39,637 nucleotides of DNA from a virus (Duplodnaviria > Caudoviricetes): positions 1 to 39,637 of the IMG/VR virus record IMGVR_UViG_3300002307_000108; one strand, given 5' to 3'. This document shows, piece by piece, positions 19,381 to 28,627 of this stretch. The notes below the pieces were generated by a model. The model made no database searches. It worked only from the letters and a program-made list of their open reading frames with translations, and was not told where the DNA came from. The position numbers were made by a program, and so were the translations under genes. Within the stretch, counting starts at the first letter, position 1. Each line of letters opens with the position of its first letter.

Positions 19381-19749
19381 TTACTCCAGTGGCAACATGG
19401 GTTGGGCGTCATCGGCAGCACTCGGAAGCCGCGTCGCCTCCGGGGCGGCACTCGGCACCGCTGGGGCAGCCCGCAGTGTCGGATGAATGTCATACCCAAC
19501 GGCTCTCAACGCCGCCTCTTCTTCCCCAGTCAACGCTACTTCGAAGTCATCTCCTCGATACAACGCCTTGGGAAATTCCACCGGACTACTTCCTGCACCT
19601 TCTGCAAGAAAATAAGTCAGACCAAGCGCACGCAGGGCATCAATGCCCTGCTTGATCTGTTCAACCGCGGTCTGAGCCACCGCGGCTTTCTGAGGTTCCG
19701 AGGCAAGCGCGGCCCCCAGATGTCCACCGAGCATATTAAGGTCAACCAT
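19381..19749 (-). CDS. Hypothetical protein downstream of capsid (EFPKALY motif)
   Basis: AAGGAGG RBS. Shares a short FPK/YPK..Y...EE..LRA.G pattern with 18649..19179. Confidence 0.7.
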   Translation of the reverse strand: MVDLNMLGGHLGAALASEPQKAAVAQTAVEQIKQGIDALRALGLTYFLAEGAGSSPVEFPKALYRGDDFEVALTGEEEAALRAVGYDIHPTLRAAPAVPSAAPEATRLPSAADDAQPMLPLE

Positions 19750-19762
19750 CTAGCAGCCCTCC

Positions 19763-20986
19763 TTAAATTGCATCAGCAACAACGACCGCCCACTCTGGAC
19801 GAATCCAAAGATACCCATAAAGGACATCAAGTCGAGTGACGAGTTGATCAGTTCCGATCATATAATCCGTGACCATCCGCATGGAGATCCCATCAAACTC
19901 TTCACGAGCCCCCTCATGAATACCCCGAGGGATTTCCAAATCCGCGGTTGCCAGCGTAACCGCTTCCGGAGCGTAAGCAAAGTTCTTGCGGTACTGCGTG
20001 CTCGCCGAAAGGCCACTTACCGGGTTGACCGCCGCGCCATTCGCTGGGGATGCCACCACGGTCTGATACTGCACCTGCGAACCGCCCTGTGCAGGAACAA
20101 TCGCAGGATAGATCGGGATGGTGGTTGCACCGGCCGAGACATTCGCAGTGACAACGAACTGGCGAAGTTCACCAGTTGTAACCTTGGTGATGCGGTTGAC
20201 AGCATTCACACCGGCAATGGTAATAATATCGCCCTGATTAAGCGTACCCGCAAGCGCGCCAACAGTAAGAGACAAACCAGTCTGATTTGCCCCGTTAACA
20301 GTGGCTGAACCCTGTGCTAGTGTCCCGTTCGTATGAATGATTGCGGTCTGATCTTTCATCCAAATGAAACCCAGCGCATCATACATCCGGCCAGTAATGT
20401 ACTGACGGGAAATTTCGCTGCCTGGATTTAGCAACCCTGCAAGCGCATTGACCACACGGGCTTCTGTTCGCGGCCCGTTGACAATCTTACGATTGGCGAT
20501 TGGCGCGGAGTTAATATCCAGTGCCGCACCGGCATTCAAATAAGTTCCAGCATTCGGCGTCAACACATTGTTGTTACCATCCTGATTGCCCACCCAGTTG
20601 CAAATGCCACCTTCAGCGCCCTGCATGACATCAACCGCAACTGCACCCGCAAGGTTGTTAACCATCGGGGCGAGCACTCGGCGGGAATAATCATCAAGTG
20701 CAAGAGAACGATCTGCCGTCGAATAACTCACATCGACGTGCTTCTGTGTAGCCAGCACAAGCGTGGTGCTGACTTCGCTCGTGTCCTGCACGTTGAGTCC
20801 CGGGCCTGTCGTGACCGTGAAATCGTTGGGAAGGCGGATGCGTAGTGCCGAGCCAATCTTAGCCCCACTTACGGCGAACGAATCGTCGTACTGCATATCC
20901 ACATTCTGAATAAACGCGTTAGAGTTTTTCCAGAGGCGAACGGCCTCTCGCGTGATCATATTGATCGTAAGTAACTGGTTTGCCAT
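19763..20986 (-). CDS. Major capsid protein, P22 gp5-like
   Basis: AAAGGA then ATG 20986 (MANQLLTINMIT). KIGSALRIRLP, GDIITIAGVNAVN, RLDVLYG...RPEWA. Confidence 0.92.
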   Translation of the reverse strand: MANQLLTINMITREAVRLWKNSNAFIQNVDMQYDDSFAVSGAKIGSALRIRLPNDFTVTTGPGLNVQDTSEVSTTLVLATQKHVDVSYSTADRSLALDDYSRRVLAPMVNNLAGAVAVDVMQGAEGGICNWVGNQDGNNNVLTPNAGTYLNAGAALDINSAPIANRKIVNGPRTEARVVNALAGLLNPGSEISRQYITGRMYDALGFIWMKDQTAIIHTNGTLAQGSATVNGANQTGLSLTVGALAGTLNQGDIITIAGVNAVNRITKVTTGELRQFVVTANVSAGATTIPIYPAIVPAQGGSQVQYQTVVASPANGAAVNPVSGLSASTQYRKNFAYAPEAVTLATADLEIPRGIHEGAREEFDGISMRMVTDYMIGTDQLVTRLDVLYGYLWIRPEWAVVVADAI

Positions 20987-21077
20987 GACACTGGTCCTTT
21001 CAAAAGAGATTGCAGAGGATCTCAACCCCTGCTTCGTATCAGTTTACCTTTGGCTGGACCAGGCCGATTAAGTCCGC

Positions 21078-21129
21078 ACAGGAGATTACGGCTCTCCAGA
21101 AGCCAGACAGGAGATTAAGTTCTCCAGAA
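21078..21129 (-). promoter_or_regulatory. Tandem pair of near-identical stem-loops in the capsid mRNA leader
   Basis: ACAGGAGATTACGGCTCTCCAGAA (21078-21101) and ACAGGAGATTAAGTTCTCCAGAA (21107-21129), each with a GGAGA/TCTCC stem. Confidence 0.65.
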
Positions 21130-21145
21130 ACTTCCCCGTGAGGGT

Positions 21146-21181
21146 GGGCGGGGAAACAGCCACAACTCTGCTTCCCCGCCC
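21146..21181 (-). terminator. GC-rich stem-loop downstream of the scaffold gene
   Basis: GGGCGGGGAA...TTCCCCGCCC. No clear U-tract, so it may be a processing or stability hairpin. Confidence 0.45.
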
Positions 21182-21228
21182 CTCGGAAGCAGATCAAAAC
21201 ACCCATGGAGCCAAGTGTTCGATCACCT

Positions 21229-21957
21229 CTACCGAGAACTGTTTGCCCGAATCTGGGCCTCTCTCCGTTTCATCCATTCTGCGGTTGAGAGTTTATCCGC
21301 CCGAACGGCATCCCGAGGGTCGATTTCCTCATGCCGCGCACCAACACTTTTGATCGGGGTAATCGGCTTAGGAGCCTTCGAGAGCGCAGGAATATCCTTT
21401 GCCGCCAAACGCGCTAGTTCAATCCCCTGCTTCACCGGAGAAAGTGCCATAATGCGCTCTGCGGTTTCCAAATCCTGCCCTAGGAGATATACTAGGCGAG
21501 GAGCCTCTCCGGTCTCTAACGCTGCGGCAATGAAACTGTTGTATTGTTGCTGCTCTTGCGTATTATCCCGATCTATCAGAGTGAGAAGATTCGCAACGCT
21601 TGCATTGAACTCAGTTGCTCCAAACTGATCTCGGCCAGCGACAGCCGCAGCATTAGCGCGGTCGTTGAAATCTTTCTCGGCCAAGCGGCGGGAGACCTCT
21701 TCCTCCACAAGTTGCGGATCTACCGGAGAGGCAGATGTTCCACGTTTTGCTCGTTCAGCAAGAAGCTCTGCTTTGACCCTTTCAAGTTCCGCGGTCTTTT
21801 TTGCAAGGCGTTTGGCCTCCCATGAGGGCGCCGCGACAGGTGATTGGACCTCAGTCGCGCTTTGCTCTTCTACCTGCTCTTGCTCTTGCTCTTCAGATAC
21901 CGCAAGAGCACTCTCTGTGGGGAGTGCTGATTGAACGCTCTCATTTTCAATTGTCAT
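21229..21957 (-). CDS. Capsid scaffolding protein
   Basis: Acidic N-terminus, coiled coil, SKAPKPITPI and a basic C-terminal helix (STAEWMKRRE). Immediately upstream of the capsid gene. Confidence 0.82.
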   Translation of the reverse strand: MTIENESVQSALPTESALAVSEEQEQEQVEEQSATEVQSPVAAPSWEAKRLAKKTAELERVKAELLAERAKRGTSASPVDPQLVEEEVSRRLAEKDFNDRANAAAVAGRDQFGATEFNASVANLLTLIDRDNTQEQQQYNSFIAAALETGEAPRLVYLLGQDLETAERIMALSPVKQGIELARLAAKDIPALSKAPKPITPIKSVGARHEEIDPRDAVRADKLSTAEWMKRREAQIRANSSR

Positions 21958-21961
21958 GGAA

Positions 21962-22354
21962 TTACTCCTGTATAGGCTGTATCATTGTGGAACGCCTTGG
22001 CGCGTGGCCCCTGATTAAAGTGTTGTCAAGGAGCAACGCCTCCATTATGGCGGATTTTGCGGCATCGTCAATCCCCGTTGACAACAATCCGGCCAACGTG
22101 GCCCGAGCCCGTGGAACACACCTGCCCCAATTCTTTGCAATAAATGTTATCTCACGTTGCGGCCCAGACATATCTGGGGTGTTGCTTTTCCATGTGTTCC
22201 AGAGCTCATTATCCCCCATGACAATCTCGTAAAGTTCTCCTGCCATAGCTTTCGCAACATGAGCAATCATTTCATGGCAATGCCCAGAAGGCCGTCCGGG
22301 GATACCTTTTGCCGCCTGTCGTGCCAACGTTTTGTGGTTGTTGTGATTGTTCAT
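21962..22354 (-). CDS. Hypothetical protein
   Basis: ATG 22354 follows a hairpin. Fills the gap on the operon strand. Confidence 0.6.
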   Translation of the reverse strand: MNNHNNHKTLARQAAKGIPGRPSGHCHEMIAHVAKAMAGELYEIVMGDNELWNTWKSNTPDMSGPQREITFIAKNWGRCVPRARATLAGLLSTGIDDAAKSAIMEALLLDNTLIRGHAPRRSTMIQPIQE

Positions 22355-22361
22355 CTGAAAT

Positions 22362-22381
22362 GAGGGGGCTTCGGCCCCCTC
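22362..22381 (-). terminator. 8-bp GC stem-loop after the 401-aa gene
   Basis: GAGGGGGC-ttcg-GCCCCCTC, followed by ATTT on the - strand. Confidence 0.55.
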
Positions 22382-22397
22382 CCTTTCCCATTGTTGA

Positions 22398-23603
22398 TTA
22401 CGAATACGTTCCGGTGCCAACAGACTGCGCGGTCAACGTAGTTCCAGACGAGATTGTAACGAGATAATCTCGCCATGTGTTTTGCGCCACCGTGTTAGCC
22501 GAGGCCAACGTGCTGTTAAGTGTCCATCCAGTGTTTGTTGTAATGGTCCAGGCAAAAGCACCTGACGAACCATTAATAAACCGAAGTTTGTACGTTTGGC
22601 CAACCTGCGCATTTGGGATCGCCGCGATCACTGCGGTAGCCAGAGGCAGAGTCAATGCCTGACCACTGCCCAGCGCGCCGGTGAGGATGAAATCAACCTC
22701 GGCAGCCCCAGTGACCTGCGCTGCCGTTGCGGTAAACGCAGTGGTGTTACTCGCAGTTGTCTGCAACAAAGGCTGCGGAATGTTGAGTGTGTACTCAGTA
22801 TGCCAGAACCCAGTCTTGGTGGTGAAGAATGTGCATACACTCTGCGGCTGCATAAGAAACGACAAGTTCGCCGCGAGGTTGTTAATCGCATCACCGCTTG
22901 CAGGGAACACTGCCATAGTATTCGCCCCAGCATTGATCACTGTGATCGATAGCCCCGGTGCAGCAACAGGCAATAGCGAGGAGTAACCTGCGCCACCCAC
23001 AGTGGTAAACCGTGCTACCATCGTGGTGATGGGTGTTGCCCCGGTCTGCACTGCACCGCTATTCGCGACAAGCCCATCTGCCCAACTCAATGTCTGCAAA
23101 CCCGGTCCACCATAACCAGTGGCAAGACCCTCGGTAAACCACTGCCCAGGTGTCGCGCAAGTGAACAACACCAGCGAGTTTGGCATCATTACAACGCCAA
23201 CAGAGCCCGCAAGGTTGTCAATCGTATCAGTGCCGTTAGCGAAAATTTGAATCGGATTGGCGCTTTTGTTGATGATGAATACAGTGTGACCACTCGCAGT
23301 TATCACACTTGTATTGCTCGGAGGGAGTACGAGTCCATCGTATGGCGCAGTCGTGCCAACAGAAGTCACCACTGTGGTGATCTCGTTGGTAATCGTTGTC
23401 GCAGAGGTCTGACTTGCTGCAACTGTTGGAATAGCATTATACCCAACGGATTCGTAAAAGAACGATGGAGAACTTGCGCTTCCATTCGCCATAGACAACG
23501 CGGTGTAAGAAGTCTGGCCGAGGAGAAGTTTTTGCAAATCAGTGCCATCAATCAGCCGCGGACCTGGCTGAAAGACACTGCCAACGGAATTAGGACCGGG
23601 CAT
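22398..23603 (-). CDS. Thr/Ala-rich virion protein with three tandem related beta domains (head decoration/fibre-like)
   Basis: TAAGGA RBS. Repeated LP...G.T/S..IIN...N...F..G.D.I...W pattern. Located in the head module. Confidence 0.6.
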   Translation of the reverse strand: MPGPNSVGSVFQPGPRLIDGTDLQKLLLGQTSYTALSMANGSASSPSFFYESVGYNAIPTVAASQTSATTITNEITTVVTSVGTTAPYDGLVLPPSNTSVITASGHTVFIINKSANPIQIFANGTDTIDNLAGSVGVVMMPNSLVLFTCATPGQWFTEGLATGYGGPGLQTLSWADGLVANSGAVQTGATPITTMVARFTTVGGAGYSSLLPVAAPGLSITVINAGANTMAVFPASGDAINNLAANLSFLMQPQSVCTFFTTKTGFWHTEYTLNIPQPLLQTTASNTTAFTATAAQVTGAAEVDFILTGALGSGQALTLPLATAVIAAIPNAQVGQTYKLRFINGSSGAFAWTITTNTGWTLNSTLASANTVAQNTWRDYLVTISSGTTLTAQSVGTGTYS

Positions 23604-23684
23604 TTTGAGGTTCCTTATTCAAAGGGGCTTTGCCCCAAAGTATGTGGAGAAACCGCTCCACGCGGAAATGAGGGCGCACCCCCA

Positions 23685-26399
23685 CTATGGCTTTGGCAGA
23701 TCGGTAAATGGATTGTGCTCGACTGGGTCAAGCATTTCTCCATTGCGTCCGCGAATGGTGATGTGGCGAGGGTGATGAATGATGTAATTGCGCGTACGGA
23801 GATCTGGAGAAAGAGATAAATCTCCTACAATATCGTCGAGCATTTTGGCAAGAGAATTATGACCGTTTTTCTTGTAATATTTTTTCAATTGCTCTATGTA
23901 ATGATCCAATGATGGAGTTTTTGAGCTCATTGTTTGTTGTTGCACTTGCCAGTTTTTAGATAAATCTTTAAGTACAGCCTTTAAAAAAGGGTTCTGTGTA
24001 AGTTCTGCAAGCTCTTGTGAATTATCTACGGGATTGGATATAAGGGTGTGTATAATACTCTGCAGCGAACGACCTTTGAATAGTATTTTCGGCATCTTGT
24101 CTAAATCATTTCGCGAGTTCTGATCATAAAACATTCTTCCAGGAATGCCAACACGGTCGAGCAACCGAGAGAGCGCTGCTGTTGACAAGTAGCCCATATA
24201 GTTAGATCCAAGGTCTTTTGTCAAACCAGTTACTGTGTCATAGGCTTCTTGCTGATCCATTGTTGAGGGAAAATGATTTTCCATGGCTTGTTTGTGCAGA
24301 GATGCCTTGTCGTGCAATACCGATTCTAACGTGGAGAGATAATGCTGCATATCATTGCCTACTCTTTTACCTTCTTCCGGCAGTTTCAAATATTTGAACT
24401 GATCTCTCATTTGCTGCAACTTTTCCAGCACTCCCGGTTTTTGTTCCGAGTGTCCCATATTGTAGTCGATCAATTCGTGCTCATCAGGGTGAACCTCTGC
24501 ATGAAGCAAGTGTCCTGCAAATTTCTCTTCCATCGCATAACGATCAATTTCCGGTGTGTTTGCGAAATTCAGCTTGTTCTGTAAATCTTCGATAATTCGC
24601 ATTTGGTGAGTAAGTTTTGTATTATAATACAACCTCAAGCCAAAATTGTCACCATATTCGTCACTGTTTTGTAACTTATTTAAATTTTCAGACTCTTCTT
24701 TCATCCTTCTTTTTAAAGTATCAACATACCCTCGTTTTGTCGAAAAAGAATTTGAGCTTTTGTTATACAACCTGGACATATAATGCATGTAATCTTCTGC
24801 TGGAGTTCTTTCGCTAATAAGTTTTTGTGCAATTCGATCCAATTCTTTTTTTTGCACAGGCATTCCATTATCCGTGATATGTGTTACAGATCCAGACAAT
24901 TTGTCTCGATAAGTTTGCGCTGTTTTTACCGCCCCGGCAAGATAATGTCCCCAGCCAAACGTTTGCGCGCCTTCTCCAGTCCCCATTTTATCATCACGAA
25001 AGGAGCCAAAGCGGTTTTCACCCTCTGGGTCAAACTCATTCGGAGTCCCATGCCATGTGCGAAAGGCTTCAGAACGAGCGATTTTCCAAGGAGGCAGGAA
25101 TGATTGCTGCATCGTAGGATACGCCGCATGACCCTCGGGAAAACTTTCATAATCATCATGCAGCCAACGATGTTCAGTATTCCTACTTTCCACCTCTCCG
25201 CCCAACGAGTGATACTCCTGCGCAGCGTGTTGATACATCGCTCGAATATCATCGTAATTCTGTGCGTGAATCAGAAGCTCCCTTTTCGCATCTTCCGGCA
25301 ATGCGCGGACAAATTCATGATCGAGCGATCCGCGCAACTGAGGAAAAATGGTAGGATCTGCCTCATGCATCGCGGCCAGATACACTCCACCTGTCGAAGG
25401 TTTATCAGCAGATCGCCCCATCCAATGATTATCAATGATCTGTTTGATTTCCCCCAACGATTCTGCTTCCCGAGCACGATAATTTGAGGGCAAAAATTGC
25501 TCAACACTTCCGCCTGGAGCAAAGCCCTCATAATGCTGTATCGCATGTTGAATTTCATGCAGCAACGTGCTATGGGCATCCATTTGACTCAAACCGTTTT
25601 GCAATTCAATTCGCATAGGATCAGGATCATACGCGCCTAATGCTCCACCACCAGCCCGCGTCCCCCTCACCGGCATGTCTGCCAAATGAGGGTAAGCCTC
25701 AAACAACTTATCGTGCTGAAAAATATCGCCAAGACGTTTAGCTTGCGATGGTGAGGTAGAGAGTTTCAATTTTCCACTGGGATTAAACACCGAGGGGTCT
25801 AACTCCGAGCCGGTATCAGGAATCTCATACTTAAAATTCCCATCTTTCGCAGGAAACCACCCATATCTAGCCCAAATTGTTTCCGGGGTGGCCCACTGCG
25901 CGGCATGAGCATCCTTTGCATCTTCCAATGCATATTGACTGTTTCCCAGTCCCTGCACTTTCTCCGCTCGCGGTCCGGTCATCATTTGCAACGTACCGGC
26001 CTTTGCTTCCTGCCCCAACCCTGCAGTAGCCAAATCAACCAGTCCCGGAGTCGCAGCCTGTGCACCCTGTTCCGGCGTCATCTGTCCTTGCATCACTTTA
26101 GTCGGGGCAGTGAGTGCGTTGACAGCATCTCCGATTAGACTTTTTGCAACTCCTGGCCATGCCCAATGCATCGACCATTGCGAGCGATCTTCACCCTGCC
26201 CCGGCTCCCGAATCTCCTCTCCCGGCAGAAACGACCAACGACGATATCCCGGCCCCTCATCAGGCTGGTTGGCCCAGCGCTCAAGACCCCCAAATGGATC
26301 ACCATCTACAGGCTCAAGCAGAGGTTCAGCAGCGGCCTCGAAATCCTTGTTTTGCTGGGGAACATTTCCCAACCCCATCGCGATTGTCGGGCCGGGCAT
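23685..26399 (-). CDS. Large polyvalent protein: LPD23-like domain + zincin metallopeptidase + ADP-ribosyltransferase-like domain
   Basis: IWARYGWF..KDGNFKYEIPD; STLLHEIQHAIQ..EGF..GG with GEVESRN; TWHGTP..FD...GTGEGAQTFGWGHY. Coupled to the portal stop (TGATG). Confidence 0.72.
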   Translation of the reverse strand: MPGPTIAMGLGNVPQQNKDFEAAAEPLLEPVDGDPFGGLERWANQPDEGPGYRRWSFLPGEEIREPGQGEDRSQWSMHWAWPGVAKSLIGDAVNALTAPTKVMQGQMTPEQGAQAATPGLVDLATAGLGQEAKAGTLQMMTGPRAEKVQGLGNSQYALEDAKDAHAAQWATPETIWARYGWFPAKDGNFKYEIPDTGSELDPSVFNPSGKLKLSTSPSQAKRLGDIFQHDKLFEAYPHLADMPVRGTRAGGGALGAYDPDPMRIELQNGLSQMDAHSTLLHEIQHAIQHYEGFAPGGSVEQFLPSNYRAREAESLGEIKQIIDNHWMGRSADKPSTGGVYLAAMHEADPTIFPQLRGSLDHEFVRALPEDAKRELLIHAQNYDDIRAMYQHAAQEYHSLGGEVESRNTEHRWLHDDYESFPEGHAAYPTMQQSFLPPWKIARSEAFRTWHGTPNEFDPEGENRFGSFRDDKMGTGEGAQTFGWGHYLAGAVKTAQTYRDKLSGSVTHITDNGMPVQKKELDRIAQKLISERTPAEDYMHYMSRLYNKSSNSFSTKRGYVDTLKRRMKEESENLNKLQNSDEYGDNFGLRLYYNTKLTHQMRIIEDLQNKLNFANTPEIDRYAMEEKFAGHLLHAEVHPDEHELIDYNMGHSEQKPGVLEKLQQMRDQFKYLKLPEEGKRVGNDMQHYLSTLESVLHDKASLHKQAMENHFPSTMDQQEAYDTVTGLTKDLGSNYMGYLSTAALSRLLDRVGIPGRMFYDQNSRNDLDKMPKILFKGRSLQSIIHTLISNPVDNSQELAELTQNPFLKAVLKDLSKNWQVQQQTMSSKTPSLDHYIEQLKKYYKKNGHNSLAKMLDDIVGDLSLSPDLRTRNYIIHHPRHITIRGRNGEMLDPVEHNPFTDLPKP

Positions 26400-28624
26400 C
26401 AGACAGCCCCCACACCGGCTTGCGGCCTAACCCGGAGGTATTTTCCCTGTCTTGTCGGATCAGGCAGATACCATTGCCCATCTGGGGCCTTTCGCGCTCC
26501 AGGCATCGGCGGGGTCTCAGGCTTCACCCCCTGCTCTTGCTCGCCGTCTGGTTCAATCCCCTCTCTATTCGCATTTACCACATCATTAATCTGCGTTCCC
26601 GCAACATCTTCCGCAACCTGTTGTCCCATCGCAGCCCCAGCTTGCGGGGAGATCAACTCAAGCAGTGCTTTGATCCGATCTGTTTCAGCCTTGTAAACAT
26701 CAATATCTCTCATTTGGTCTTTTCCAACCAATTTGATCTCATTTTTCGCTTGTAATTGCAGCGTCTCCGCCAGTTGCGCTTGCAATTGTTGCACCGCCAT
26801 TTGCAGTTGCTTCTCCCGCGCCGTTGGACCCTCACCCAATGCCTCTGGCGGCACCATCCGGCGCAGTCGTTGCGCGGCCTCCTGTGCCTTGTCAAAGTCG
26901 CTTGAGCCCAACAGCAGATCTCCAATAATCGGAACCAATGTTGGAGCCTGTGTCAACACCAACGTCAGAGCCTCGACATTCTCTTGCCTCTTCGTTGAGT
27001 ACTCCGGCCCAGCCTGTGGCGCGACATCGAACTGACCCTTCGTCGGATTCAGCACTCGAGAAACAACATCCCCCTGTGCATTGCGCTGTTCTTGCAACAC
27101 CTGCGCGGCCTTTGGGTCCAGCGTGAGAGAATAATCTGTCCCATCCGCGCTCATCAACGTCTTTACCCTCTTGGTATCATAGATCTTCGGCGCAAGGTCA
27201 AGAATTTGCTTCCCGGTGAATACCAGCGCATCGTTGTAATTATCCACAAAGTGGAAGGTCGCGGTTGCACCTTGCTCTTGCCGTCGCCCGATTGCCGCAC
27301 CAGTACGTTCGTTGCCCTGCTCTCCCATCTGATTCTGATATTGCCCCGAGACCATCATGATCTGCTGCATTGCATTCTGCAGTCCGGTCTGGAAGGCTTC
27401 ACTGCTTTTTGGGGGTTCCTGTCTCATCGGCGGGGGAATTGGAGTCGTCCCATCATCCATGAAAGCATTATACGGCATTACCGAGTGGTTAACCACATTA
27501 GCAGTGTCCCAATAGGTCTCGTAACCCTCAATTGCTTGCACCGGCGCAACCCACGGGGTTTTACCTTGCAAGGCAACACTTTCCACTTGCCCACTCGCGG
27601 AATAATTATACATCCGCTGGGCATCTTTCATCGCCCGTGTGTGCCCCTTGCGATCAAGCACTCCATCAATAATAGACTCTTCTCCCACACAACGCACAAT
27701 CGGACACCATTTCCCAGGCCAAATTGTCTCATCAACAATCTCTTCCCCGACAATCATCTTCCATTCCCAGACCGGCACTCTGATCGGTCTCTTCCTAACG
27801 AACTCTCCATCCATTACACTGGATATCATATTTTCCGGCAAAAGCGACCGCCGGATGTTTACCCGCTCTCCATTATGAACAAATGAGATCAACTCGTCGT
27901 TCTGAAAAACCTTCCGAAAATACTCACAAAACCAAATGCGGTCCTGTGCATTGATTCCCTGCTCCATCAACGAGTCCCCCAACGGGGACATCCCTGGCAA
28001 CGCACGGTCGGCATATTCAGGGTACTGTTCGTCGAAATCTTTCCTCTGCATGTAATCAAACACCAGAGCAAACTTGGCGTCTGAGCCATCTTTTTTCTGT
28101 ATATCAGGGTCAAGAAACACCGCCAGAGGGTCATTCACCGGAAGGATCACGATTTCCTGATCAAAAGTGGTCTCATCGACATACTGTGTGGCAAGCCGCC
28201 AGTACCCAATCCCCGCATCAACCATGAAATTACGCCCCTGGGTGTAAATGGTCTGCGCGTCACTTCGGATCTCAATATCCCGCATAATGTCTTCCCAGAC
28301 TTGCGCGGCTTTCACAGTCGCCCCATCACCCGTTGCGCGAAATCGCACCGAGGCCTTGGCTTTTCGCATCTCATTCGAGACAATCAGATTATGCTGCCGC
28401 GTGATGTTCATCGTCAAGCAGGGTTTATTGTCCAACTCCCTTGCCGCACGGATCTCATTTGGCCATTGGAAAAGATTTTCCGAATCCCCATTGGCAAAGC
28501 GAAGGTCATTCAGCCAGCGCTCCCGCGTCACACTCTCAAATTCCTGGCACCGTTTGAAATTTTCCATTGCCTCCGCGACAACGGGATTTCCCGAAAGTGC
28601 AATAACCGTCGGATCACTCGCCAT
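26399..28624 (-). CDS. Portal protein, P22 gp1-like
   Basis: DLRFANG..QWP, KPCLTMN, GIGYWR, MKDAQRMYNY, GNERTGAAI..RQ, IYDTKRV, C-terminal coiled-coil barrel. Follows TerL. Confidence 0.92.
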   Translation of the reverse strand: MASDPTVIALSGNPVVAEAMENFKRCQEFESVTRERWLNDLRFANGDSENLFQWPNEIRAARELDNKPCLTMNITRQHNLIVSNEMRKAKASVRFRATGDGATVKAAQVWEDIMRDIEIRSDAQTIYTQGRNFMVDAGIGYWRLATQYVDETTFDQEIVILPVNDPLAVFLDPDIQKKDGSDAKFALVFDYMQRKDFDEQYPEYADRALPGMSPLGDSLMEQGINAQDRIWFCEYFRKVFQNDELISFVHNGERVNIRRSLLPENMISSVMDGEFVRKRPIRVPVWEWKMIVGEEIVDETIWPGKWCPIVRCVGEESIIDGVLDRKGHTRAMKDAQRMYNYSASGQVESVALQGKTPWVAPVQAIEGYETYWDTANVVNHSVMPYNAFMDDGTTPIPPPMRQEPPKSSEAFQTGLQNAMQQIMMVSGQYQNQMGEQGNERTGAAIGRRQEQGATATFHFVDNYNDALVFTGKQILDLAPKIYDTKRVKTLMSADGTDYSLTLDPKAAQVLQEQRNAQGDVVSRVLNPTKGQFDVAPQAGPEYSTKRQENVEALTLVLTQAPTLVPIIGDLLLGSSDFDKAQEAAQRLRRMVPPEALGEGPTAREKQLQMAVQQLQAQLAETLQLQAKNEIKLVGKDQMRDIDVYKAETDRIKALLELISPQAGAAMGQQVAEDVAGTQINDVVNANREGIEPDGEQEQGVKPETPPMPGARKAPDGQWYLPDPTRQGKYLRVRPQAGVGAV

Positions 28625-28627
28625 TTA

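Noticed and set aside
21078-21129. Mini CRISPR array
   Set aside because: Only two repeats separated by 5 nt, no spacer-length unique sequence and no cas genes.
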